Shown in pieces: positions 53,437-62,038 of a stretch of DNA of 64,000 nucleotides. A program made the position numbers and the translations under genes. The DNA comes from Armatimonadota bacterium (lineage in GTDB: Bacteria > Armatimonadota > UBA5829 > DTLH01). Positions within the stretch are counted from its first letter, which is position 1. The number at the start of each line of letters is the position of its first letter. Location of the stretch: assembly GCA_038207085.1 (NCBI GenBank), contig JBBRAE010000011.1, positions 1 to 64,000 on the forward strand. The letters are read 5' to 3'. The notes beneath the pieces are model-generated. The model did no database searches. It was not told the origin of the DNA and was given only the letters and a program-made list of their open reading frames with translations.

Positions 53437-55038
53437 CTATTCATCTATTCGTTTCAATATTGCAACAGGAGCGATCCTCGGAGGGTCAATAGGCTCGGTC
53501 CGCCAGAGGTGCTCATCGGGAGTTTCTCTATTCTGGAATGGAATATCGGGATAAGGAATGTCTATTTGGCGGTATTTCCCTGTCTGCAATAGACCGTAGA
53601 TCATACTGCGAACATCTTGCTCTTGAGATGATATCATGTACCGCCTCATCACTATCCAATCAGCCTCACTTGCCGGGGTCAAGTCCTCACCGGTCAGTCC
53701 GCCAATGATACGAAGATTCGTATAATACTTTAGTGGAAGATCTTCGTAAGTGACGGTCACGACATCGCCCTTCTTGGCGTGCTCTTTGAGATACTTAACC
53801 GTACCTTCCACTGGTCCGACATAGTCGTGGGTGATCTCATAGACATAGGTGAATATGTCGTTCTTCTGCCCTTCGCCGCCGTTCATCTTGGCGAGCGGGC
53901 TCCAGAGCGCTACTGCAACAAGGGCTGCGATGCCCACGGACCAGTGGATTCTGTCGAGCAAAAGTGCCGTGATAAGGGATCCGATTGGGAGGATTGGTGC
54001 GAGGTATCGGAAAAATGGAGCAGGTGAGGTCGCAGACAGCGTAAATATCATCACAAGTGATGATATTATGAGCAATCCAACGCTGCTGGCGATACGCGCA
54101 TCGACCCTTGGTAGTCGTCCCTGCCGTAACAGACTCCACGCCACAGCAAGCACCGGAAGAACTAGGAGATACGGATTGAGAATGTGAGTCCATATCTGGT
54201 GTAGGAACACGCCAAAGAAGTCCGCGATGTTGCTGCCGGTTGAGTATCTCTTACCATAGGACATCTGAGAAAGCCATACAATCCAAGGCAGGTTGATGGC
54301 TACCACAGCTCCGCACGAGGTGAGGATGTCTTTAATCCTGTCGCGATGAAATATTAGAGCGTGAATTATAAGAGAAAATACAAGCGTGATGCAGTAAAGA
54401 TAGAACGTCTGAAAGAGCAGCGTTCCAGCGACCACCAGTAGCAACCACGAGCTCCGTTTTCGGTCGATGAGCCTCAGATACGCGTGTATCGTCAGTATCG
54501 TAAAGAATGCAGCCGGGCTATAGTATCTGCACTGGCGGGCAAGAAGCAGGAAGGGCACCGAAAGCGTCAACGCCCCTGCGGCGAATAGACCCGCCTTCCA
54601 ACTACGCCACATCTCAGCCGCGGTGAAATATATCAGCACAATCGTCGCAAGTCCAAAGATCGCAAAAGGCAGGCGCGCTGCAAGTGTGCTCGACTTGCCA
54701 AGGACCAGGAAGAACGGCACGATCACATAAAACTGCAGCCACGTGTGCCATTTCCAGATGTAGTTCTTGCCGTACTCGGCTCCGGCTTCTTGCGAGAAAT
54801 AGTTTTGTCCGTCGTAGCCGTGCGGTGTGCCATACTGGAGAATCGTGCGTGCGACAAGCGCGGTCTGTGCTTCGTCCTGCCAAAGCATCTGTTGGCCGAC
54901 TTTAGCGAACATCAAGACCGCGGCAATCAGGAACACGGCGAACGCAGCGATTGCATGCTTGGATCGCAGCCAACCTTTCCATGAGCCGTCCCATCGGGCG
55001 ATCTCAGGTGTCTGCTTCGCCTGTTTCCTTGATTTCAT
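53437..55038 (-). CDS. ArnT/PMT-like (GT-C) membrane glycosyltransferase
   Basis: LWQDEAQTA, AARLPFA, RQCRYY, RYLAP; paralogue of the next gene. Confidence 0.8.
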   Translation of the reverse strand: MKSRKQAKQTPEIARWDGSWKGWLRSKHAIAAFAVFLIAAVLMFAKVGQQMLWQDEAQTALVARTILQYGTPHGYDGQNYFSQEAGAEYGKNYIWKWHTWLQFYVIVPFFLVLGKSSTLAARLPFAIFGLATIVLIYFTAAEMWRSWKAGLFAAGALTLSVPFLLLARQCRYYSPAAFFTILTIHAYLRLIDRKRSSWLLLVVAGTLLFQTFYLYCITLVFSLIIHALIFHRDRIKDILTSCGAVVAINLPWIVWLSQMSYGKRYSTGSNIADFFGVFLHQIWTHILNPYLLVLPVLAVAWSLLRQGRLPRVDARIASSVGLLIISSLVMIFTLSATSPAPFFRYLAPILPIGSLITALLLDRIHWSVGIAALVAVALWSPLAKMNGGEGQKNDIFTYVYEITHDYVGPVEGTVKYLKEHAKKGDVVTVTYEDLPLKYYTNLRIIGGLTGEDLTPASEADWIVMRRYMISSQEQDVRSMIYGLLQTGKYRQIDIPYPDIPFQNRETPDEHLWRTEPIDPPRIAPVAILKRIDE

Positions 55039-56705
55039 TTCGTGTTCCTCTCAGTTGCTTTGATTCGCTTGTAGATAACGACTTTCGGCTCGCCTGACGG
55101 GCTCTTCCACATATGATCGTCGGGGTCCTCGCGGTTCTCAAAGAAGGTGTCGGTGCAGTCGAGTTTGATCGGCTGATAGTCCTTCGCGTTGATCTCCGTG
55201 GCCAGGAAGTCGAACACAGGCTTTTCATAGGGCCCGACCGGGCGATTTCGGATGATTATCCACTCCGCGTGCTTCGCATCAGACAGGTCCTCGCCCGTGA
55301 GCCCACCGAGTACTCTCAAGTTGGTGTAGTACTTCACTGTGAGGTCTTCATAGGTGATGAGCACGACGTCTTTTGGATTTGCGTGGGCGTTCAGATACCT
55401 TACCACGCCCTCGACAGGACCGTTGTAGTCGTGAGTGATCTCATAGAGATACGTTCCGATGTCGTTTTTGCGCGTATACTCCTCGGCTCCAACCTGCCGT
55501 GCCACCGGGCTCGCGAGGAGCATCACAGCAAAAATGATCGAGGCCGCAACCACGTGTACGCGATCGAGAATCAGTGCAATAACGACACACGCAAGCGGTA
55601 TAAGTGGGGCAAGGGTTCGTAGATAGGCAACCGGCGTGCTCATTGCGAAAGCCAGGCATGTGATGACAGAGAACACAACGAGCAAGATTGTGTAGCTGGT
55701 GGCTCTTCTGTCCAGTCGTACCCAGTGCTTCTGCTTCATGAGCCTTGCTACATACACGCCAAACGGGATTACTAGTAGGACAGGGTTGAGAACGTGCTTG
55801 GCTAGCAAGTTCCCATAAAAGAGATTGGACTCAACGAAATGCTTGAAAGAAGTGTAGTCTCCGTAGGCGTCGCCCACATCTATGCTCATGAAAAATCGGA
55901 GAGGAAGAATATTCGCAACGGTTACCGCAACTGATGCAGCGATAATCTTACTTGCTCTGGCTCGATGAAAGACAAGGGCGTGAGCAAAGACTGTAGCAAA
56001 TAGGGCTGCAGCGTAACCGTAGTGAGTGTGCAGGAGTAACAGTGACGAGATCACATATAGCACGAGCGACCACCGCTTCCGGTCGAGGTAACGCGCATAG
56101 GCATAGAACGCAAGGACAGTGAAGAACATCGCAGGGGCGTAGTATCTGCACTGGCGTGACAACAAGAGAAATGGTACGCTTGTGGCAAGAAGCAGTCCAG
56201 CGAAAACAGCGGCTTTGTGGCTTCTCCACAGAGTGAGCGCCAACAGATAAGTGAATACAACTGTCCCAAGGCCAAACATAGCAAACGGCAGCCTGGCGGC
56301 AAGCGTGGGGTCCTCTACCAGAGCGAGGAACGGCGCTGTGGCATAGAACATTACCCAAGTGTGCCATTTCCAGATATAGTTCGTGCCATATTCCCTTCCA
56401 GCGTCCTGAGAGAAGAAGTTTCTGCCGTCGTAGCCGTGGGGAATGCCTTGGTGCAAGATAGTGCGTGAGACTAGTGCAGTCTGTGCTTCATCCTGCCAAA
56501 GGTAGATGTTTCCGAGGTTAGCGAGCAACAGGATTGATGCAAGGACAGTGATTGCGATCAGTGGCGCGTAGAACCTGAGCCATCCTCCACGTCCAGGGGC
56601 TGGCACGGGCTCGGGTCTCTCAACCCAGGAAGATTTTACGCTGTGAGGACTCTTGTGCTTGTGGCTAGACATGACCTTAGCGGGAGCGTTTAGACACTCT
56701 CCCAT
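55035..56705 (-). CDS. ArnT/PMT-like (GT-C) membrane glycosyltransferase
   Basis: LWQDEAQTA, AARLPFA, RQCRYY; start uncertain (ATG 56705 or 56672). Confidence 0.8.
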   Translation of the reverse strand: MGECLNAPAKVMSSHKHKSPHSVKSSWVERPEPVPAPGRGGWLRFYAPLIAITVLASILLLANLGNIYLWQDEAQTALVSRTILHQGIPHGYDGRNFFSQDAGREYGTNYIWKWHTWVMFYATAPFLALVEDPTLAARLPFAMFGLGTVVFTYLLALTLWRSHKAAVFAGLLLATSVPFLLLSRQCRYYAPAMFFTVLAFYAYARYLDRKRWSLVLYVISSLLLLHTHYGYAAALFATVFAHALVFHRARASKIIAASVAVTVANILPLRFFMSIDVGDAYGDYTSFKHFVESNLFYGNLLAKHVLNPVLLVIPFGVYVARLMKQKHWVRLDRRATSYTILLVVFSVITCLAFAMSTPVAYLRTLAPLIPLACVVIALILDRVHVVAASIIFAVMLLASPVARQVGAEEYTRKNDIGTYLYEITHDYNGPVEGVVRYLNAHANPKDVVLITYEDLTVKYYTNLRVLGGLTGEDLSDAKHAEWIIIRNRPVGPYEKPVFDFLATEINAKDYQPIKLDCTDTFFENREDPDDHMWKSPSGEPKVVIYKRIKATERNTK

Positions 56706-56833
56706 CCTCCAATAGACACTCGGCGAACGCGCTTTTGGCGCGTGAGATGTTCTTCTTCTGTGAGTAATCTATCACGAGACTGCCATAACGTCAAGATGGG
56801 TTTGTATTAAATGGTCGGACGTTTGTTCGTTAG

Positions 56834-56906
56834 CCCGCTTTATTCGTGAAGCGAATAAAGCTCTTGCTAAGAGAGCATCATTCACGCTTCTCGTGAATAA
56901 TGCGGG
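56834..56906. mobile_element. 73-bp MITE-like element, copy 4
   Basis: Flanked by TTAG direct repeats (56830-56833, 56907-56910); 5 substitutions versus copy 3. Confidence 0.78.
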
Positions 56907-56947
56907 TTAGGGTCTGTGCTGTTATAATATTGGCTGAGGTATATGTA

Positions 56948-57685
56948 ATGAGATTGGACAACATTGAGAACATAGTGCTGAAGCCCGCGAAGCTTGGCAG
57001 AGCGGTTGGGGCGGCGTTTCGGGACGTTTGGGACCGCTTGGGCCTGGTAGTTGCGGCGAGCCTGTTTTGGTCAGTCAGTGTGATAATCCCGCTTGGTCTC
57101 GGACTGCTGATTGGGAGCCCTATCACGATCGCACTTGGCGCGATCATTGCCTGGCTTGTAAGCACCCCGATCCTCGCCGGGGTGCATCGTATGGCTTACA
57201 GAATTGCGGCAGGGGAAGACGCCTCGTTTCGGGAGGTGTTGGACGGCGCGCGCGAGCTTGCGAAACCGAGCTATGGGCTCTCGGCTCTGAACGTTCTTGT
57301 CGTAGCCGTGCTTGGGTCGGATTTTATAGTGTATTTCGGCGTAATCGGTGGTTCGCACCTGTCCATTACACTTCTGGTCATCGGTCTTATGAGTCTCTAT
57401 ATGTCATCAGGTTGGGCGGTTCTTGCGGCTCAGGGGCCTCTTGGTCAAAGGGGTGGCGCGCTACAGGCTTTTAAGCGAAGTTGGCTGCTTGTTTTGGGGA
57501 GTCCGGGCTTTACAATCGGGCTCTTTGTTGTTATACTCGGGCTTAGCATTCTGTGCGTCGGGACGGCGATTGGGATGCTCGTTTTGTATGCCGGTTTCAC
57601 GGCGATTCTCCACTCTCGCGGACTTCGGGAGCTCTATGTCAGATACGGGGTGATCAACGAGTCTGTCGAGGTTACTGAACAGTAG
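56948..57685 (+). CDS. Integral membrane protein (DUF624/YesL-like)
   Basis: Multiple TM helices, A.KRSW.LV motif; GAGG upstream of ATG 56948; TGnTATAAT at 56920-56928. Confidence 0.65.
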   Translation: MRLDNIENIVLKPAKLGRAVGAAFRDVWDRLGLVVAASLFWSVSVIIPLGLGLLIGSPITIALGAIIAWLVSTPILAGVHRMAYRIAAGEDASFREVLDGARELAKPSYGLSALNVLVVAVLGSDFIVYFGVIGGSHLSITLLVIGLMSLYMSSGWAVLAAQGPLGQRGGALQAFKRSWLLVLGSPGFTIGLFVVILGLSILCVGTAIGMLVLYAGFTAILHSRGLRELYVRYGVINESVEVTEQ

Positions 57686-58630
57686 ATGGAGTCGTATGCT
57701 TTGGATGTAATCTGTCTAGGAATACTCGTGGCCGATGTCGTCGGCAAGCCCGTCGAAAAGCTCCCCGAGCGGGGCAAGCTCGGGCTCGTCGATCGGATGG
57801 AGCTTCACACCGGCGGTTGCGCGGCGAACACCGGGATAGCGCTGGCTAAGATCGGCGTCCGGACGGGGATCATCGGAAAAGTTGGAAATGACGGCTTCGG
57901 CGACTTTATGGTAAACGCCCTTGAGCGTAATGGGCTCGACTGCGCGGGCGTCGTCCGCGATGACGTGACTGCAACCTCGGCTACGATGGTGATGGTCCAC
58001 GGAGACGGCGAGCGCACGTTTATCCACTATATAGGCGCAAACGCCGCGCTCACCGAGGACGACATAGACTTTGATTTTGTGAGCCGCGCCAAGGTGTTGC
58101 ACGTAGCAGGCTCGTTCCTGATGCCTGGTATCGACGGCGAGCCGACTGCCCGTATTCTAAGAAAAGCCCGCGAGATGGGCGTGGTCACTGCGCTCGACAC
58201 CTGCTGGGACTCCAAAGGCCGCTGGATGTCGCTCCTTGCGTCGTGCCTTCCCTACATCGACTATTTTGTGCCGAGTTTTGAAGAGGCGAAGATGCTGACG
58301 GGTTTAGATAACCCCGAGGATGTCGCAAAATCGCTTCTGGACGCGGGCGTCGGGACTGTCGGTCTGAAGATGGGTGAGGCGGGTTCCTACATCCGAAACG
58401 CCGATGTGGAACTGAAAATCCCCCGGTATAACGTAGAAGCAGTGGATGCGAACGGCGCTGGAGACAGCTTTGTAGCCGGATTCCTGACCGGGATCGTCAA
58501 CGGTTGGGACCTTGATAAGACCGGCCGCCTCGCAAACGCCGTCGGAGCCTGCTGTGTGACCGCGCTTGGGGCATCGACGGGAATAAAGAGCTTGGACGAG
58601 ACGCTGGAGTTTATGGAATCGCAGAGGTGA
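57686..58630 (+). CDS. PfkB-family carbohydrate kinase
   Basis: GGCAANTGIALAKIG...GKVGNDGFG and DANGAGDSFVAGF signatures. Confidence 0.93.
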   Translation: MESYALDVICLGILVADVVGKPVEKLPERGKLGLVDRMELHTGGCAANTGIALAKIGVRTGIIGKVGNDGFGDFMVNALERNGLDCAGVVRDDVTATSATMVMVHGDGERTFIHYIGANAALTEDDIDFDFVSRAKVLHVAGSFLMPGIDGEPTARILRKAREMGVVTALDTCWDSKGRWMSLLASCLPYIDYFVPSFEEAKMLTGLDNPEDVAKSLLDAGVGTVGLKMGEAGSYIRNADVELKIPRYNVEAVDANGAGDSFVAGFLTGIVNGWDLDKTGRLANAVGACCVTALGASTGIKSLDETLEFMESQR

Positions 58631-58884
58631 TTTGCGTGGCAGCTTTGAACTATAACGATCATATATCGCGCAGCCAGAACGTGTGCGGCGGTGAACCTGT
58701 GATGAAGGGAACCCGAGTGACGCTGAGGACTGTTCTCGCCAGCCTCGCCGAAGGCGCATCTCCTGATGAAATCCTGGCTCAGTTTCCAACGCTGCGGTCC
58801 GACCACATTCGTGCTGCAGTCGCATTTGCCGCGGCATCTGCTCAAGAGGATTTGCCACTCCCGATCATTCCTCGTGCGGTATGA
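58627..58884 (+). CDS. DUF433-domain putative antitoxin
   Basis: VCGGEPVMKGTRV...EILAQFPTL...IRAAVAFA. Confidence 0.88.
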   Translation: MICVAALNYNDHISRSQNVCGGEPVMKGTRVTLRTVLASLAEGASPDEILAQFPTLRSDHIRAAVAFAAASAQEDLPLPIIPRAV

Positions 58885-59249
58885 TAATTAAACTCGACGA
58901 GAATCTGCCAATTGCAGTTGCGGCCCAGTTGACTAATCTCGGGCACGATGTGGACACAGTTCAAGATGAGGGATTGCAGGGATATGACGATGATGCCGTA
59001 TGGCTGGGCGCCCAGCGAGATGGACGGTTCTTGATTACTCAGGACTTGGATTTTTCCGATCTGCGGCGTTACGTATTCAGCGAGCACTGTGGCCTGATGA
59101 TCGTGCGTTTGCACGAGACTGGTCTGAATGCGCTCTCAGCGAGGATATCGGATGTGTTTCAGTCCTCGGAGCAGTTCGATTGGGCAAATTCACTGGTTAT
59201 CGTAACTGATCACAAAATCCGCGTTCGGCGGGTTCAACTTAATGGTTGA
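58881..59249 (+). CDS. DUF5615 PIN-domain putative toxin (VapC45-like)
   Basis: IKLDENLP, GHDVDTV, DDDAVW, RFLITQDLDF; ATGA overlap with DUF433. Confidence 0.88.
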   Translation: MIIKLDENLPIAVAAQLTNLGHDVDTVQDEGLQGYDDDAVWLGAQRDGRFLITQDLDFSDLRRYVFSEHCGLMIVRLHETGLNALSARISDVFQSSEQFDWANSLVIVTDHKIRVRRVQLNG

Positions 59250-59299
59250 AGGAGACTTAACGGGTCAGATGCTGGTTTGGCTCGTGATGACTATCCATC

Positions 59300-61954
59300 A
59301 TGACAAGCAAAGAACTTAGAACAGCATATTTGAAGTTTTTTGAGAGCAAGGGGCACTTGATCCATGCGAGCGATTCGCTGGTGCCGAGTGACGACCCGAG
59401 CCTCCTCTACACGTCCGCGGGGATGGTGCAGTTCAAGCCGTACTTTACCGGTCAGCGTGTGCCGCTCTGTACCCGGATTGTGACCTCGCAGAAGTGCATG
59501 CGAACGGACGATATCGAAGAGGTCGGCGATGCTGTGCATCATACGTTCTTCGAGATGCTCGGCAACTTCAGCTTTGGTGACTACTTCAAGCGCGAGGCTA
59601 TCACCTGGGCTTGGGAGTTCTTGACCGAGGTCATTAAGATCAACCCCGATTCCCTCTGGACGAGCATCTATCTCGATGACGATGAAGCCTACAACATCTG
59701 GGTGAATGAAGTGAAGTTCCCGGCGCAGCGCATCGTGCGGTTGGGCGAGGACAAGAACTACTGGCCCGCCAACGCCCCGAGTAAAGGCCCGAATGGCGTC
59801 TGTGGGCCCTGCAACGAGATTTTTCTTGATGTAAGTCCCGAGCTTGGCATGCCTGAGGATCCGGCCTGGTCGATCGCGCACGATTCCAACCGATTCGTTG
59901 AGATTTGGAACCTTGTCTTTACCCAGTTCGACCGCCAGGAAGATGGGACTCTGAAGCCGCTTCCGAACAAGAACATCGACACGGGTATGGGCCTCGAGCG
60001 CACTGTAGCCGTGCTTGCTGGCGCACAGACCAACTACGAGACCGATCTGTTCCTGCCGATTATTCATCACATCGAAGAGATTTCAGGCGCAAAGTATGGA
60101 TCGAGCGACGAGGTCAATCGCGCCATAAGAATTATCGCGGACCATATCAGGGCGACCGTTTTCACCATAGCTGACGGCGTAATGCCCTCGAACGTCGGTC
60201 GAGGCTATGTGCTTCGAAGGCTGATCCGAAACGCCGTCGTCACTGGCCGGAAACTCGGGATCGAAAAGCCGTTTATGGCCGCAATCGTGCCGACGGTCGT
60301 TAAGATTATGGGCGACGTCTACCACGAGATCGCCGACCGCGAGAGCTATATCGAAAAGTTGATGCAGAGCGAGGAGGAGAAGTTCCGTTCCACCCTCCAG
60401 AGCGGGCTGCAGAGGCTTGAGGACCAGATCGCGGTTGCCGCATCGAGCGAAGAACAGACCCTCGACGGCGAGACGGTATTCACGCTTTACGACACCTATG
60501 GGTTCCCGGTAGAGCTTACCAAGTCGATCGCCGCCGAGATGGGCATTTCGGTCGACATGGAAGGCTTCCGGAAGGCGATGGAAGAACAGCGTCGCCGCGC
60601 CAAAGATGCAAGCGACTTCGGAAGCGTTATGTCCGCCGGTGGTGACACACTTCTGCTTGAGCTAGAGAAGACGATCGCTCCCTCCAAGTTCACCGGTTAC
60701 GACGAAACCGTCGGCGCGGGCACAGTGCTTGCGATCGTGAAGGGCGGAGAGTTTGTGGCATCGGCTAATGCAGGCGACGAGGTCGAGATCGTGCTGGATC
60801 AGACGCCGTTTTACGCTGAGTCCGGCGGTCAGGTCGGCGACACGGGCGAGCTTTCAACGAGCGGCGCTCAGGTTGAGGTTTTCGATACTGCCAAAGTGGC
60901 GCATTTCTTCTTCCACCGCGCAAAGGTTGCGTCGGGAATGATTTCAGTGGGCGACCAGGTAGAGGCAAGAGTGGACGTCGAGCGGCGGATGGATATCGCG
61001 CGCAACCACACAGCGACTCACCTGCTTCACGCTGCGCTTCACAAGATGCTCGGCGAGCACGCTCTGCAGAAGGGTTCGGTTGTCGAGCCCGGCAGGCTCA
61101 GGTTCGACTTCTCGCACTTCCAGGCTGTGACGCCTGAGGAGATTCGGGCGATCGAAGATGAGGTGAACGCGATGGTCCTCCAGGGGATGCAGGCCCAGAC
61201 CACTGTGACGAGTGTTGACGAGGCCCGCAAGCTGGGCGCGATGGCGCTCTTTGGTGAGAAATACGGCGCTGAAGTTAGAGTCGTTCGGATGGGAGACACC
61301 TCGGTCGAGCTCTGCGGTGGCACACACCTCTGCAACACTTGTGAGGTCGGGTTCTTCAAGATCGTGAGTGAGTCCAGCGTGGGCGCTGGTCTTAGAAGGT
61401 TTGAAGGCGTGACTGGCCGCGGAGCTGTTGCATACGTTCACGGAGTAGAAGACACGCTTCGCGAGGTCGCTTCGATGCTTGGAGTAACCACATCGGACGC
61501 TCCCGGCGCGCTTGAACGCGTGCAGTCCGCACTGAAAGACGCGCAGAAGCAGATTGATAAGCTTCAGTCGAAATCGGCTGCCGAGCAGGCTGGTGAGCTT
61601 GCTGAGAAGGCCGAAGTCGTCGGCGGAGTGAACGTTGTCACGAGCAAAGTCGCTACGGCGAACGCGCAGGTGCTCTCCGGGCTTGCCGACAGCATCGCCG
61701 ACAAATTGAAGAGTGGCATTGTAGTGCTGGGTGGCGTCGAGGGCGGCAAGGTGCTCTTCATCGGCAAAGTCACGCAGGACCTCATCGCACGAGGGTTCCA
61801 CGCTGGGAATATGCTCCGCGAGGTCGCAAAGGTCGCCGGTGGTGGCGGCGGTGGTAAACCCGAGTTTGCTCAGGCCGGTGGCAAGGATGCTTCCAAGGTC
61901 GAGGATGCGCTGGCTGTCGCTATTGATCTGGTGAAGAAGCAGGCTGACGCTTAG
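59300..61954 (+). CDS. alaS: Alanine--tRNA ligase
   Basis: SAGMVQFK, HHTFFEMLGNFSFGDYFK, DTGMGLER, NHTATHLLH, ELCGGTH, GGGGGK. Confidence 0.99.
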   Translation: MTSKELRTAYLKFFESKGHLIHASDSLVPSDDPSLLYTSAGMVQFKPYFTGQRVPLCTRIVTSQKCMRTDDIEEVGDAVHHTFFEMLGNFSFGDYFKREAITWAWEFLTEVIKINPDSLWTSIYLDDDEAYNIWVNEVKFPAQRIVRLGEDKNYWPANAPSKGPNGVCGPCNEIFLDVSPELGMPEDPAWSIAHDSNRFVEIWNLVFTQFDRQEDGTLKPLPNKNIDTGMGLERTVAVLAGAQTNYETDLFLPIIHHIEEISGAKYGSSDEVNRAIRIIADHIRATVFTIADGVMPSNVGRGYVLRRLIRNAVVTGRKLGIEKPFMAAIVPTVVKIMGDVYHEIADRESYIEKLMQSEEEKFRSTLQSGLQRLEDQIAVAASSEEQTLDGETVFTLYDTYGFPVELTKSIAAEMGISVDMEGFRKAMEEQRRRAKDASDFGSVMSAGGDTLLLELEKTIAPSKFTGYDETVGAGTVLAIVKGGEFVASANAGDEVEIVLDQTPFYAESGGQVGDTGELSTSGAQVEVFDTAKVAHFFFHRAKVASGMISVGDQVEARVDVERRMDIARNHTATHLLHAALHKMLGEHALQKGSVVEPGRLRFDFSHFQAVTPEEIRAIEDEVNAMVLQGMQAQTTVTSVDEARKLGAMALFGEKYGAEVRVVRMGDTSVELCGGTHLCNTCEVGFFKIVSESSVGAGLRRFEGVTGRGAVAYVHGVEDTLREVASMLGVTTSDAPGALERVQSALKDAQKQIDKLQSKSAAEQAGELAEKAEVVGGVNVVTSKVATANAQVLSGLADSIADKLKSGIVVLGGVEGGKVLFIGKVTQDLIARGFHAGNMLREVAKVAGGGGGGKPEFAQAGGKDASKVEDALAVAIDLVKKQADA

Positions 61955-61974
61955 TTCACTTATGTTGTTCCTAC

Positions 61975-62000
61975 GGGGCCGGTTTCGACTGGCCCCTGTT
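61975..62000 (+). terminator. Hairpin/terminator after alaS
   Basis: GGGGCCGGT-TTCG-ACTGGCCCC followed by TGTT. Confidence 0.65.
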
Positions 62001-62038
62001 CTATATTTGAGGCGTCTGGTGGCGCTCCGCAGTCCATT

